DNA of 64,000 bases from Camelus dromedarius (taxonomy: Eukaryota). Positions 1 through 11,830 of this stretch are shown here, in pieces; the stretch's first letter is position 1, and every line of letters starts with the position of its first letter. The notes beneath the pieces were generated by a model. It saw only the letters and a list, made by a program, of their open reading frames with translations. It was not told the DNA's origin and made no database searches. The stretch is from the NCBI RefSeq assembly GCF_036321535.1, contig NC_087436.1:92444001-92508000 (forward strand), written 5' to 3'. The position numbers were made by a program, and so were the translations under genes.

Positions 1-861
1 CTAATAAAACCATGAAGGCCAAATGCTAAAATTCTTAAAACATTAAACTGGAGCCACAGAACAGCCAAAGGAACAACAGGCAGTTTATAAAGGGGCAGCA
101 ACTAGAGAAGCACCGTGATGCGTAAAGTTAAAGCTGAAAGGGACTTGAAAGATAATCCAGTCATTTAATTTTACAGACTAAGTAAATTGAGTCTTGAAGC
201 TAAAATGACACAGTCAGAAATATTCAACTGTAAGGCTGTGCTTGGTGCAAGATGCTCTCCGCTCTGCCCACCAGGCCACTCTGTGGATTTGGAGCTGTGT
301 TTGCTCAGAGCTTGTTATTTTGTTAGCATCAGTCCCGCCAAGCTGCCCCAACCCCTGAAAGCTCCAGTAGTGAGTGAGTGTGGGGCACATAGCACGCTGT
401 CCCTCAGAGCCTCCGTGCACGTGAGCATTTTGAAGGCTCTGAGAAGTATTGCAGCAAGGCGAGCTCTTTAACTTTGTTCAGCCCAGCATTTCCCATACGG
501 TTTGAGTGCTGCACCGTGTCTCCTCGTGACACCTCTGAACACTGCAGGGTCCTGCAGAATCTTCGGGGGTCAGGAGTAATCTTACAGCACATCAGAGCTA
601 AGTGAGGTATTGACAGAGTATTAGTGGAGTAACTTCAAATTTATTCTGAAAGGAGAAAGATGAAAATATAAGACTAGAACCTTATTGCTTAGTGTCGTAA
701 GGGAAACTGTTATTAGGGAAAAATATTTTGTGCTTTCACACTAATGCTAAAAGTGATTTTTTTTTAAATACTCATTTGCTGCTAATAATGTTGCCAACAT
801 CAATTTTATTAGACTCAGAATACTTCGTTTAAGTGTATTATACCTTCTGTTTGTTTTCCAG

Positions 862-946
862 GACACTGTGATTTATGACCGACTGGCAGAGACTTCAAAA
901 TACAAAGAAATTACCCTAAAACATTTAGAGCAGTTTGCTACAGAAG
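862..946 (+). CDS. ATP8A1: ATP8A1 internal coding exon (window exon 1; N domain; DTVIYDRLAETSKYKEITLKHLEQFATE-G)
   Basis: Acceptor ttgttttccag and donor G|gtgagt. 85 nt, phase 0 to 1. The peptide matches the P4-ATPase segment after KGA as I recall it for ATP8A1. Confidence 0.96.
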
Positions 947-2594
947 GTGAGTTTAATGTGGCATTAAAGCATGATTAGAATAAAAAGAAATCATATGCTA
1001 CTAATATCTTACAGGATCATTATTATTTTACTTAGAGTTCCCTAAAGTAAGATTTAACAATAAATGTTGATAATTTAGATCCTGTTACATGCTGTTCCCA
1101 CCCATTGTTTTTATTTTGTTTCCCTGTATTAAAATCTTGAGACACATGGTCCCCACGTTTTGGGGGTGTAGAGCCCATAGATTTGCTTTTTAGAATGGAT
1201 ACTATTTAAATATTTAATATCTCAAGCAATGTAGAAAGAAAGAAACATGAGTCAAATAACTGGATATTCTAATCTGAGTAAGAGGAGAAGAAATAAATAA
1301 ACCTCTATAACTGTTAAGATCATTATTCGACTTAGTTTCAGCTCAAGATTTTTTGTTAAGCCCCTACCACATGCCAGGTTCTGTGTGAGGCCTGAGAACC
1401 CATGGTAAACACGCGTGGTCTCCGTCCCACTGAAATACAGTCTAGGGAGTTGATCTGGATGGGATGAAAGGAAGTGAGGGTTGTTACACGTTAGGGTAGT
1501 TACTACAGGAATTTACAGCCTTGTCTCCAAACTGAACAAAAGTGGCCAGTGCTGTATCGGAACCTCCCACCTAAGTTTTCACTCTTTCTGCTTCTGCCGG
1601 AACGGTTGCCGGAGGCACCGCACCTGACCTCTGATCAAATCCTTTCCCTCTTAATCCAAGCTGCAAAAAGATAGGAATGTTTTTTTAAAAGCACTAGGCT
1701 TTGAAAAGCGGGGACATGAAGAGCCTTCTTCCATTTCTCCTCCCAAAATGAAAGAGCACGGAGACCCCGTGTTTACAGAATTCAGACGCGGTGAGGCGTG
1801 ACTCCGCCTGGACTTGGCAGGTACCGCTGCCTCCCCAGCAAACAGCACAGGTTCCTTTTTTTGAGGCAGAGGAGAATGAGGGGAGCCCAGTCCTCCTCTC
1901 TGGTTGTGATGATAAAGATGCTTCAGTTCCCAGACAGATCCCACTGGGCTGGGCCTCCGCCTCCACCCCGTTCTCTCTGGCCTGAGGTGGATCGGCACGT
2001 GTACTCCATGTCTACTCCAGAGCGAGTCTCCAGCCAAGTTTCCAGAAGAGGAAAACATGTCCTGATAAGGCCCCAGAGATTTAAGCTCTACTCGCAGTGA
2101 TCTGGCAGGAGACAACCCTACTCCTTTCCTGGAAGGTGGAGTTCTCTGGCCCTTTATGTCCTGTGTTCTTCGCCCCCTTTTCTGACCTGGTCCCAGGTCA
2201 CTAGCAGCCAGTTATCCTGAGGGCTGTGGGACCTTGAGCGAGGACATCGTCCTCTTGGAAACTTAGTTAACTGTGTTTATCATGGCTGGCCAGCGCTCTT
2301 GCCTCACCCTTGTTTCCAGCCCATCAACTTTTGTCTGGCAGAGGGCAGCCTACAAGTGAGTTATAAAACCGACAGGCACTGAGCCCTGGAAGCAGGTCAC
2401 TTCTAACATCAGTTTGGATGGTTTTCCCAGGGTGTTTCTCATGGATGTCTTTTTTTGTTACTATCCCTCAATTCTTTAGACTCTTTTTACCATAAATTCA
2501 CAGTAGTAAAAGTGCAGTAATAAATGCAACCACATATCCCAGTAAGAGGAAGGTGGCTCTCCCGGTAGACCCCACTGGACTTCCTCTCTTCCTT

Positions 2595-3070
2595 CACAAG
2601 CGTCTGTGAAGCCACTATTACGAGCCAGTCACTGTGCTCAGTACTGGAGTTACAGGTATGAAGAACTCAGGGACCCTGCCCTCCAGGATCTTCAAGCTAA
2701 TATGAGAGATCACAGGAAAAAACAATATGAAACATGGTCATTCCCACCTTGGCAGTGTTGAGGACTTCGCCTGTAGGGTCTGGGTGAGAAGAGGATGCTT
2801 CAAACAGATGATCTGAAGAACTGAGTCTTAAAGTAGATGCGAGGCAGCCAGCAGAGGGGGAGCAGGAGAGGGTGGAATGGAGAAAAGGTGACCAGTTTGT
2901 GCAAAGACCCTTCTGTGAGAAGTGAATGGCAGAGGATGAGGTTGAAAGCAGTTGCTGTGTGGTGATTGAGCCAGACTTTGGGGTTTGGATTTCATCCTGG
3001 GGAACGGTTGAAAGATTTCAAGCAAAGGAGTAACCTGATAAGACAGGATTTGAGAAAAGTTTCTCTAGGC
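2595..3070 (-). mobile_element. Degraded L2 LINE 3' region
   Basis: Phrases resembling antisense L2 (ccagtcactgtgctcagtactggag, ccctgccctccagga, gattttcaagca-like, tttgagaaaag). Boundaries approximate. Confidence 0.55.
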
Positions 3071-3187
3071 TTAAATTGAATTAGCGTTTTCAAAATGAGA
3101 CTTTGTTAAATGAAAATAGAAGTGTCAGACTTCTGAATAAAGCCTGAACTTAATGTTGTGGGGGGCACGTGTGCCCCCTTTTTCCAG

Positions 3188-3327
3188 GGTTGAGAACTCT
3201 GTGTTTCGCCGTGGCTGAGATTTCAGAGAGCGACTTTCAGGAGTGGCGAGCAGTCTACCAGCGCGCGTCCACATCTGTGCAGAACAGGCTGCTGAAACTG
3301 GAAGAGAGCTACGAGTTAATCGAAAAG
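3188..3327 (+). CDS. ATP8A1: ATP8A1 coding exon (window exon 2; G-LRTLCFAVAEISESDFQEWRAVYQRASTSVQNRLLKLEESYELIEK)
   Basis: Acceptor cccctttttccag and donor AAG|gtacgt. 140 nt, phase 1 to 0. Completes the EGLRTL motif with exon 1. Confidence 0.97.
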
Positions 3328-3926
3328 GTACGTGGAAGACTGGCCCCTACAGAAAGTTGGTTCCCAGAGAACTTCATTCTGAACTCACAAGCCAGTAAAA
3401 TAAAAATCAAAATATCTTGACACGCTACAAACTGTTGAATCTCCTCCAATCTAAGCATTGAAAAATCTTAATACTGGTTAAAATTTTTGCTGGAAAGTCT
3501 CTGGAATTACTCCGTATAGGTCTTCAGTCTCATTGCAGTAACAGATCAAAGTTGGGCTAGTCTAGCAGTGTCCTTGTCAGCGTCTTCCACTGCCTCTGCA
3601 TCGTTGAGGATAGGCATGCCCCGTCCCCACACACAAGCATGCATGCGTACTTATAGCAATAAAGGTGTATAATATGTCATACAAAACAATATGAGAGGTA
3701 CACAGCTTGTGTTACTCTGTAGCCCATAATAAAGAATATATAAGTGGACAATCCAGGGCTTATACCTGGCCAGTCATTGTTCACTTAGATACATTATTTC
3801 TGCCACAAATATAAATATCCTCATTTTACTGATAAAGAAACCAAGGCTCTTCCGCCAAAAAGTGGTGGATACCCTATGACTGATGCTGCACAAGCAGCGA
3901 GAAATCTTGCTTCCTGAATCAAGAGG

Positions 3927-4164
3927 AGCAAACATTTTTACATTGTACTTACCGTGTGCCAGATGCTGTTTGCAGCCTTTGAGTCTATTAACCTATTTAA
4001 TCTTCACAGCATCCTTTTGAGGTAAGTACTGTTAATCATCCCAACCGTACAGATGAAGAAACCAAGGCACCAGAGAGGTTGAGTAATTTGGCTGAGATGG
4101 CTCAGCTCATAAGAGGGTGAGCCAAAGTTCTCCCTCTGGCTCCAGAGTTCACGCTGTTAGCCAC
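3927..4164 (-). mobile_element. MIR SINE
   Basis: Antisense MIR core: tttaatcttcacagcatcc...acagatgaagaaaccaaggca..agagaggttgagtaatttg...ctccagagttcacgctgttagccact. Confidence 0.85.
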
Positions 4165-7100
4165 TCAGGTGTGTTTATTCTAACCTTTAATTTTCCATTA
4201 AATGACTTCCTAGTTATATAATTCCTTCAACTCTCCTCGTGCCTTTAAGACAGAGAATCAGGCTTGCCTGTGAGCTGCAGCGTACTTGATCTTGCCTTCA
4301 GGGAGTAAAGGCTGCTGTGTTTTCCCTTCTTCCTCTCTCTCTCGGTGTCCTTCTGGGTGCTTCCTGTTGTGAGTGCTAGCCGCACCACTGCTGCCCCCCT
4401 GGGCTTTGTCCTCTGTCCTCTCCCCACATGCCTCCCCACCATGTGGTACCTCCTCCGGCTGTAGGGGCTTTTCTCTGCAGTGCAGTTGCCACATGTGACC
4501 ATAGACCCTGTGCTCCTGTCTCCTCAGTAGACTGAGATCACTTTAGAGGCTGGTGTGTTTCTCATCCCTCCCTTACATGTGAACTTATTTTTGCATCCTG
4601 CTGATTGCTCAGAAGGCTTGGCATAGCGTGGGTGGAACCTTCCAGCTTGATAACCACCCCGCCCCCGCCCCCGCCACCAGCAATTTGAAATGTGCACAGT
4701 CAGCTCACTGAATTTCTCTCTTTTCTAACATAACGTATATATGATTATGCCTTGGGGGTACTGTGTGGTAAAATAAAATGACATTTTATTTATGAGGCCA
4801 TGATCATAATCTCTCTCAGAATCTCCAACCAAAGTTACATGTTGTTCTGAAGCTCCGATGGTACTGATTTTTAATCTTTGGCTTTTCCTACATTTTTGAG
4901 AAGTCTAAAACAAAAATTTCCCTGTTAGAGAATGACTCTTTTTCTCCTGTCTCCTTTCATACACAGCCTGAATATAATAATAATAGAATATTAATTCTAG
5001 CATTTACCCTGTGGCAATGATAGAATTAATGTATAATAGCTGACAATAAAAATATTTTAAAATGGATTCTAACCATTAAATTTTGTTTCTACTTGAAGCG
5101 CACTATAGCAGCTCCCAGAGTTGAATGTTTAACGTACCAAACATTTTTACTGACTATCCTAGAGTTTATAGGTTCGATTTTATAAGTTTAGCAGTTGGTG
5201 TGTGTACGTGCGTGTGATACCTGTAACTAATTTTGACGTCTGTCTCTTAACTAAAACAGATGTTCATCCTTTCATCAGCAGATGGCGATCGTGAGTCGCA
5301 CTGAAATTTAAATTGCCTGGGGAAATCCATTACATGTATATGTATATTTTTAGTTTACAGATACAGAAGCCTCCCTTACAACTGCCTCTTTACCTAAAAT
5401 AAATGGAAAACAGAATTTGTAGCTAATTCCTCTGCACTTTGTGATAAGCCATGCTCTCTTTTATTGAAAAATCAGGAAAGTGAAGAGATTGGTTCCCCTG
5501 TTCAGCCAGCTTGTTCCAAATAACGTCTGGTTTTTCTGTGTCCATCCCTACTTCTGAAACTATAGCTTCTTCCAGTTATTAACTTAATTAGCTTTCACTA
5601 GGTGGTTAATAGATGCGAGATATCAGCGATGCACAACCTAGTAAGGAACACTTGGCCGTGGCCCTCTGAGTCTCGTGGTCTGAACCAGCTCCTGCAGGAA
5701 ACCCGGAGGAGTGACCCGCAAACTTGGTCCGAAGGAAGCTTTGGAGAGGTGGTAGCTTTTGAAAGGAGCCTCAAAATACCATTTTACCAGTTAGAGAGAA
5801 GGGACCTCTTTAAAGAAAAAGAATAAGGCACAGTGACAAGGAGGGGGTCTCCGCAACTAAAAGCTGCTTTTCTGAAAAAGATCTTCCCAACCCTGATCAT
5901 TTAAGGACTGTAGGGTTTTAATATGTCTGGAGCCAGTGTGAGATCTCTTCCCCCTTGGTCTGAGCTTCCACTCTTTGTTGAGATCAGCTGGGGTTAGTGT
6001 GCAGGAGGAGTTGGGGCTGACGGTTCTCACACATCCTAGTGAGGCAGGTGTCAACGTGTCAGAGCGCAGATTCTGCGGGTGTGTCACCCTGGCTTTAAAT
6101 TCTGCTGTCATAGTCCTGGGCTTATCCATTTTGCCTTCTTTCTTGACCACGCTAAGTGAGCGTTGTTTATTACATAATCTGTTTCTTATGTGATTGGGAT
6201 CTATTTTTATATAGCTGTTGGTCTTAACCGTGTAAGATAGTGACTCAGACTGTGAGAGAGGTTTTCAGAGTAAAACCCATTTTCCAAACTTAATATTGCC
6301 TAAATATTTTTTCTATATATATATATATAGAAAATATAAAAAAGCAGAGCTGCTCTGGTTAACAGTGGAAGGGTAGGGAGAAGCCCCTACTGGACTCTCC
6401 CCTCCAACCCTGCCTTGCCCTCTCATGGTCCATGAGGAACCTCTGAGGACCCTGGGGCTCCACGGAGCAATTTGAAAAACTAGACAATATTCCACCTGTG
6501 TGTGAAATTTTTGGAAAACATGCTTCTCAAAATTAGATATCTTCCCTCCCCTTTCAACGAAAGTTCCGAACATCCTTGTGGTCACATACAAGGTATTTCT
6601 GGACACATATTTGAATTAATGATGCAAAGTGCCATTGACATGTTAACAGTAGCACTACATTAGAGACATTCAAGATGTGAAAGATTTGTAGAGCTTTTTC
6701 TGAAAATAATATATTCTTAATATGTTATAAAATAAGTGAACATTTTATAATACGATTAAGGCTGTACTTTTAAACCCTACTCTCTGTCTTATCCCTCCAG
6801 TGTTTGTTCAAACAAGTCATTCAGTTTTGGAAATTTAGGTAAAGCCCTGTTCCTCTGGGGGCTGTAACTCCTAGCCTAAGCTGAAAAAAATACCCAAATA
6901 GGCCAAGAACATCCAAGAAGATAATGACATCTGTCCCTTGGTGTAGTGCTTTGCTGCTTGACCCAGCACGTCTGAGACTAGAATGCCCTCCCTTCACCTC
7001 CAGGGCACACTGAAGGAGAGAGGACGCGGAAGGTTTGAAAAAAGTGCTCCGGATAGGGTTATCCCTAGGGACAGTCAAATGAGAGGAGGTAGGACTTTTA

Positions 7101-8299
7101 CATCCATCTGTAAAATACCTTCAACATCTCCGCTACAAGGAGGTACAGTGTGGGCTCCAAACACTTGCATTCAGATGGTAAATAAACCTTTAAAGATTTA
7201 AAAAAAATTAATTTTAATGCTATGAGTTGTGTCAGGATGTTCCTGAAACATCTTTTTTCTGTTAGTAAATAAAGGTCAAGGTGACATTTATTACCAGAAA
7301 GCCCAAGTCATTCAGGAATGAGAAGGCTCACGTAGTTAAAATGCAGAAGTTAAAATAAGAATCACATTAGGTACTTGAGGTGTCTTGACCTGTTTTGAGA
7401 CGGAGAATTGTAGCCTCTCTTGGGCTGTGTGGACAGTGACACCTCCTCGTCTCTCTTTGTCACCACTTGAGAGAAGTTACAGTTGTCTCATCCATACAGA
7501 CAAGACACTTGCCCTGTCTTACCTGTAACCTCGTTCTTTTGAAAGACAGTGTGTTTGGACCTGCAATTTTAGACAAGGAAACCGCTTTCACTGTTGATCT
7601 ATGTTTTTTAAATATGAGGTTTATTTTTTAAATTAAGAATTTATTGATTTGTATTTGAGCAGGAAAAAGCTGCAAATAAGTAACAGAATAAGTATGAAGC
7701 TTTATCCTTCATTAGCAGTAGTTTCTCTGAAATTTCTCACCTTCTTTGATCTGCCACTTTCTATTTATTTTTAAGACACAAATTTTTTTGCCGCTGGGTT
7801 CCTTTGTAAATTAGTGGTGCAGAGGGCTCTGATCTTACTTATCAGGGAAGATTTTATAATTAAACCATGGTGTGAAATATAAAGGTATGCCTTCCTGGTA
7901 AATAGAGCTTTTGAAAAATTTTTATATTTATTTGCCTCAATAGGAAAACACAATTATGTCTTTAGCATTGCATAAATTACCTTTTAATCACTTCTGATGT
8001 TAATAAAAGCAAATTATCTTGAGCATTACAGAATATAGAGAGATATGGTACCTGTCTAGATTGGGCAGTGATCAAAGCAGTATTTCCCTGGTGATAAAAT
8101 TGTTCTTCTCTTCTTATTATGAGGCATAGATTGCAAAATATGCTTTTTAAAAAATGAAAACTTACTCAATACTTTTATCTATTAAAAAAATTTTTTTAAT
8201 AAATTACAGGTCAGAGAGGATCACATTTGAGCTTAAGAATAATCAGAAAGCTGTAATTTTGGCAGCATCTGGCTCCCCTTTATATCCCTTTTGTTATGT

Positions 8300-8472
8300 T
8301 TCATGTATACACATTTTGTAATTCACAGCTAACATATACCCTCCGCTGGACTGAAGCTTCCTGAGAGCAGGGACCGTTTTCATCATACGCTCTTCTAAGT
8401 CTCCAAGGCCTGCCCGCGTGGCCTGTGTTAATCGCTGAAAACATATTCAATGAATAAATGAATCAATCAATC
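8300..8472 (+). mobile_element. L2 3' end
   Basis: aagcttcctgagagcagggacc followed by an (aatg/aatc)n tail, typical of L2 3' termini. Confidence 0.65.
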
Positions 8473-11457
8473 AGATGATTTATTCAGAGGCTGAATTTGT
8501 GCAGCGCTGGCTTAACGAAGCCTGCCTGCTGTCACCCATATGAGTCATGCTCTCTGTACCTTGTGGACATCGATTTCAGTTACGTGTCACTGAGGATTAC
8601 TTTAAGGATGTGTTACAAAAAATAGCTAATGATTTTTAAAAAGGCATTCGTCAGAAATTTAGACTCAGTCATTTTAAAACCCTTTCTTGCACATGATTTA
8701 ACATTTGACTGTGAGAAGCACTGGGCTGGAAAGATTCAACAGCGTTGGCCTGAGCACCTGTCAGGCTCTGCAGTGGGCTCTGGGGATGCAGCAGGGGAGG
8801 AGGCTGGGAAAACCCATCTTCGCTTCAGTGCTGGGAGGTAAGGCAGTGAACTGGTACCTGGGAAAATGCCATTCCCGACATGGCCTAGTGCCCTGGGCCT
8901 GTGACAGGCACTGAGATAGGACAGTGAGGTAGTGATCTTTATTTTTTAACCTTATTTCTGATTCCTTCATTTCCGGGATTTTTTAAAGACTTCCTGGATG
9001 TGGCATAATATAGATCAACCATCATGCTCGGTGTGACTAACAGCAGTCCAGCACCCTTCACAACATGTGGCAGCGAGCGGTCTAGAGAATTCCTAGAGAA
9101 ATATAAAACTTAATGAAAAACAGGACTTTCTTGAACATTTATGACTGCCAAATGCACAGTCACTTCTGTATTAGAACTGAACGCTTTTTCAGATAAAACT
9201 ACCCATTTCTATTCTTAGTAGCTGCCAATATCACTTTTCATTTGTACTAAAAACTGAAATGTACTAGATGAAAATTTACATGATGTACTGGTGATTTCGT
9301 GGTTTCAAATTCCAGTAGTTTCCTGTTTTACTGTTTGCTTTAAGAACATTTGCAGTCTGTCAGCTTCTCTACTGAGAAGACCTGCCACTTTTTGAGCATT
9401 TTTACTAAGCTCCAAGTCCTCTGCTCCCTACCCTGAGCAGTTAGTGATAGTTTAGTTCAAGGGCCTCAAAAGTGAGGTACACAAAATGAACTGCTGGAGT
9501 GAGCAAGAAAATGATATAACTTCAGTTTCTACCTCTGTTTTATCTCACCCTTTTTACAATTTGTTTTTGCATTTTTCAATGTATATAATTTATTAATACT
9601 TGCAAAGCAAATGTGTCATACAAAAAAATCTGGACAGTACCTATGTCTTGGGTAGGTACTCAACGTTTTTTTCCTACCTTACTACATCCAGATTAATAGC
9701 CTTATCTTGCTGATGTAGAAATTCTTAGGTAAGTTAAGTTTTTTGCTGAAGGATCAGATTCAGTCATTGGCGCAGCAGGGATTCAAATCCCAGTTCTGTC
9801 TTAATTCCAAATCCCGAGTTAATAATCCATATGTTATTCTGCCAGCATGGTTTAGAAGAAAGCAGGAATGTATGCAAAATGTTGGCGACTTGAGAAATAA
9901 AATGTAACTGCGTGTGTAGTTGAGTAATCATGAGATCTGCACTTGGGGTTGGGCGGCATCGCATGTGCAGGACCTGTCTGCTTAGGGAACGAGGCAGCCT
10001 TGGTGCACCCTTTTGGGTCTTGTTGAAAGTGCTTAATGTGCCCTTGGATCTCTGATCACATGCTTCTCCTTCCTGGCGGATAGATCCCTTATTACAAATG
10101 CTTTGCCGTAGACTCCCACCCTGGGTATTGCTGTCTTCTGACTCAGATAAGATGGATGTGTTGTTTTTGCAGGCTACACCCAACTGCCTCTCGAATCCTG
10201 ATTCTTTTCAGCTGGGTGTATGAATTCTGACCTTATCTGGCAAGCCTTTGGCTGTGTGAGAGTTCAAATGTGATTTCTGTGGTTCGAAAACTAACCAAGT
10301 TAAAGCATATTTCTTGGCCTTGGGAAAATTAACGGGTTGCGTGGTTTCTCCAGAAGCAGGCCAGTGAGCCATTCCAGATTTGGTGCTCTGATCTTAGTGT
10401 GCTCTAACCTGGCTTAAACTGAACAGGAAGAGGTACGAGATTCTCTCCTTCTAAATCAAACCCCCGGGTTGTGGACAAACAGATGCTGAGAAGCACAAGA
10501 GTGAAGATGCCAGTGGAAGGCGGAACAGAGGGGAGTCCGGCAGCCTATGACAGCCAGCGCTGTGGAATGACCCTGAGAATCCCGGGGCCACCAGGGCCAG
10601 CATATTCTAAAGCTAAAGAGGGTGATGGCTGCCGCAGCCTCTTGGCTGCTCTTGCACCCTCCATTCCTTCCAGTCCACCCCCAGTCAGCCACCAGTCAAC
10701 TTTCTGCAACGTATATCTGATCCTGTCGCTCCCCTTCTAAGATTCTTCCCCAGATGCCCTTTGCCTTTGGAATACTCAACGTGAAACAGTCCTTTCAATT
10801 TCCATTCCCTGCTGGCTTCTCCGGGCTCATCAGTTTCCCAGCTTACTACTCAAAGTTTGGGATGACTGATCCAATTTCATCCTCAGAACAACCCTATTAA
10901 ATTAGTAGTGTTTAAATCACCGCACACCGCGCTTCATTTTATTGGTTCCATATTGACTAAATGGCAACTTCTCAAACACAATATGCTTTCACATACCTCT
11001 GTCTTTGCACATGTGATTTCCTCTGTTTGGAATTTCTTCCCCCATCCCTCCCCACCTCTCCCGAGTGCTTCGCTAACTCTTAATTCTTCATTTAGGATTT
11101 AAGGTCAAATGTTAACTCATGTTGGATGGGGTTTTTTTTGAGCCACCCAGACTAAGAAAATACTTACTTCCTGTGTTTATCTTTTGTACTCACAGAAAAT
11201 TTTGTGCTTACTTTTAAGATAGGATATAGCATACAGTAATGTGATTATTTGGGGAGGCCAGTGTTTCTCTCTGGGGGGTAGTCCTGTATTACAATTAAGA
11301 GGCTTTGTCTGTAATTTGGGATGGGAGAGAGAACTGGGACCAGAGGACCAAAGGCCAGGCTAAGAAAGAAGGGCAGGAGTTGACCAAGGAAATACCAAGG
11401 GTAATCAGTCAGGATGGAGCCCGGTGCAGGGACAGGCTGCTCAGAAGTATTCTGCCT

Positions 11458-11680
11458 CAGGTGTCTGCAGACACCAGCACAAGAACCGCAGTCACCCACC
11501 ACCTACTTTTGTAAATGAAGTTTTATTGGAACACAGCTCCGTCCATTTGTTTACAGATTGTCTTTGGCTATTTGCATGCTGCAACAACAGACCTGAGTAA
11601 TTGCAGCAGAGAGTGTACCACCCTCAAACCCTGAAATATTTACCACCTGTCCCTTTACAGGAAAGGTTTGTCATCCTTAC
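11458..11680 (+). mobile_element. MER58A-like hAT-Charlie MITE
   Basis: ttttgtaaatgaagttttattggaacacagc...aaatatttacc...cctttacaggaaaggtttgtca matches the recalled MER58A consensus along its length. Confidence 0.85.
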
Positions 11681-11689
11681 TCAAGTCAA

Positions 11690-11830
11690 GCAGTTAGGTC
11701 CTCAAACCAGGAGTCACCAGTGCACATTTCCAGGCTTCCCCTCAGACCTACTCAGAGAGAAATGCTGGGTATAGGGCCCACCGATCTGTGTGTGACAAGC
11801 CCTTCAGGTAAACATGAAGACCACCGCTCT
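11690..11830. mobile_element. MER5A-like hAT-Charlie fragment
   Basis: cagacctactcag...gggccca..atctgtgtgtgacaagccct, with termini resembling CAGTGGTTCTCAA/GAGAACCACTG. Confidence 0.6.

Noticed and set aside
2845..4405. CTCF-like motifs (gccagcagaggggga near 2848; ctgcccccctgggc near 4391)
   Set aside because: Both have mismatches at core positions and cannot be supported without a PWM scan or ChIP data.
6309..6334. Palindrome ttttc(ta)8gaaaa
   Set aside because: Mostly explained by the self-complementary (TA)n repeat.
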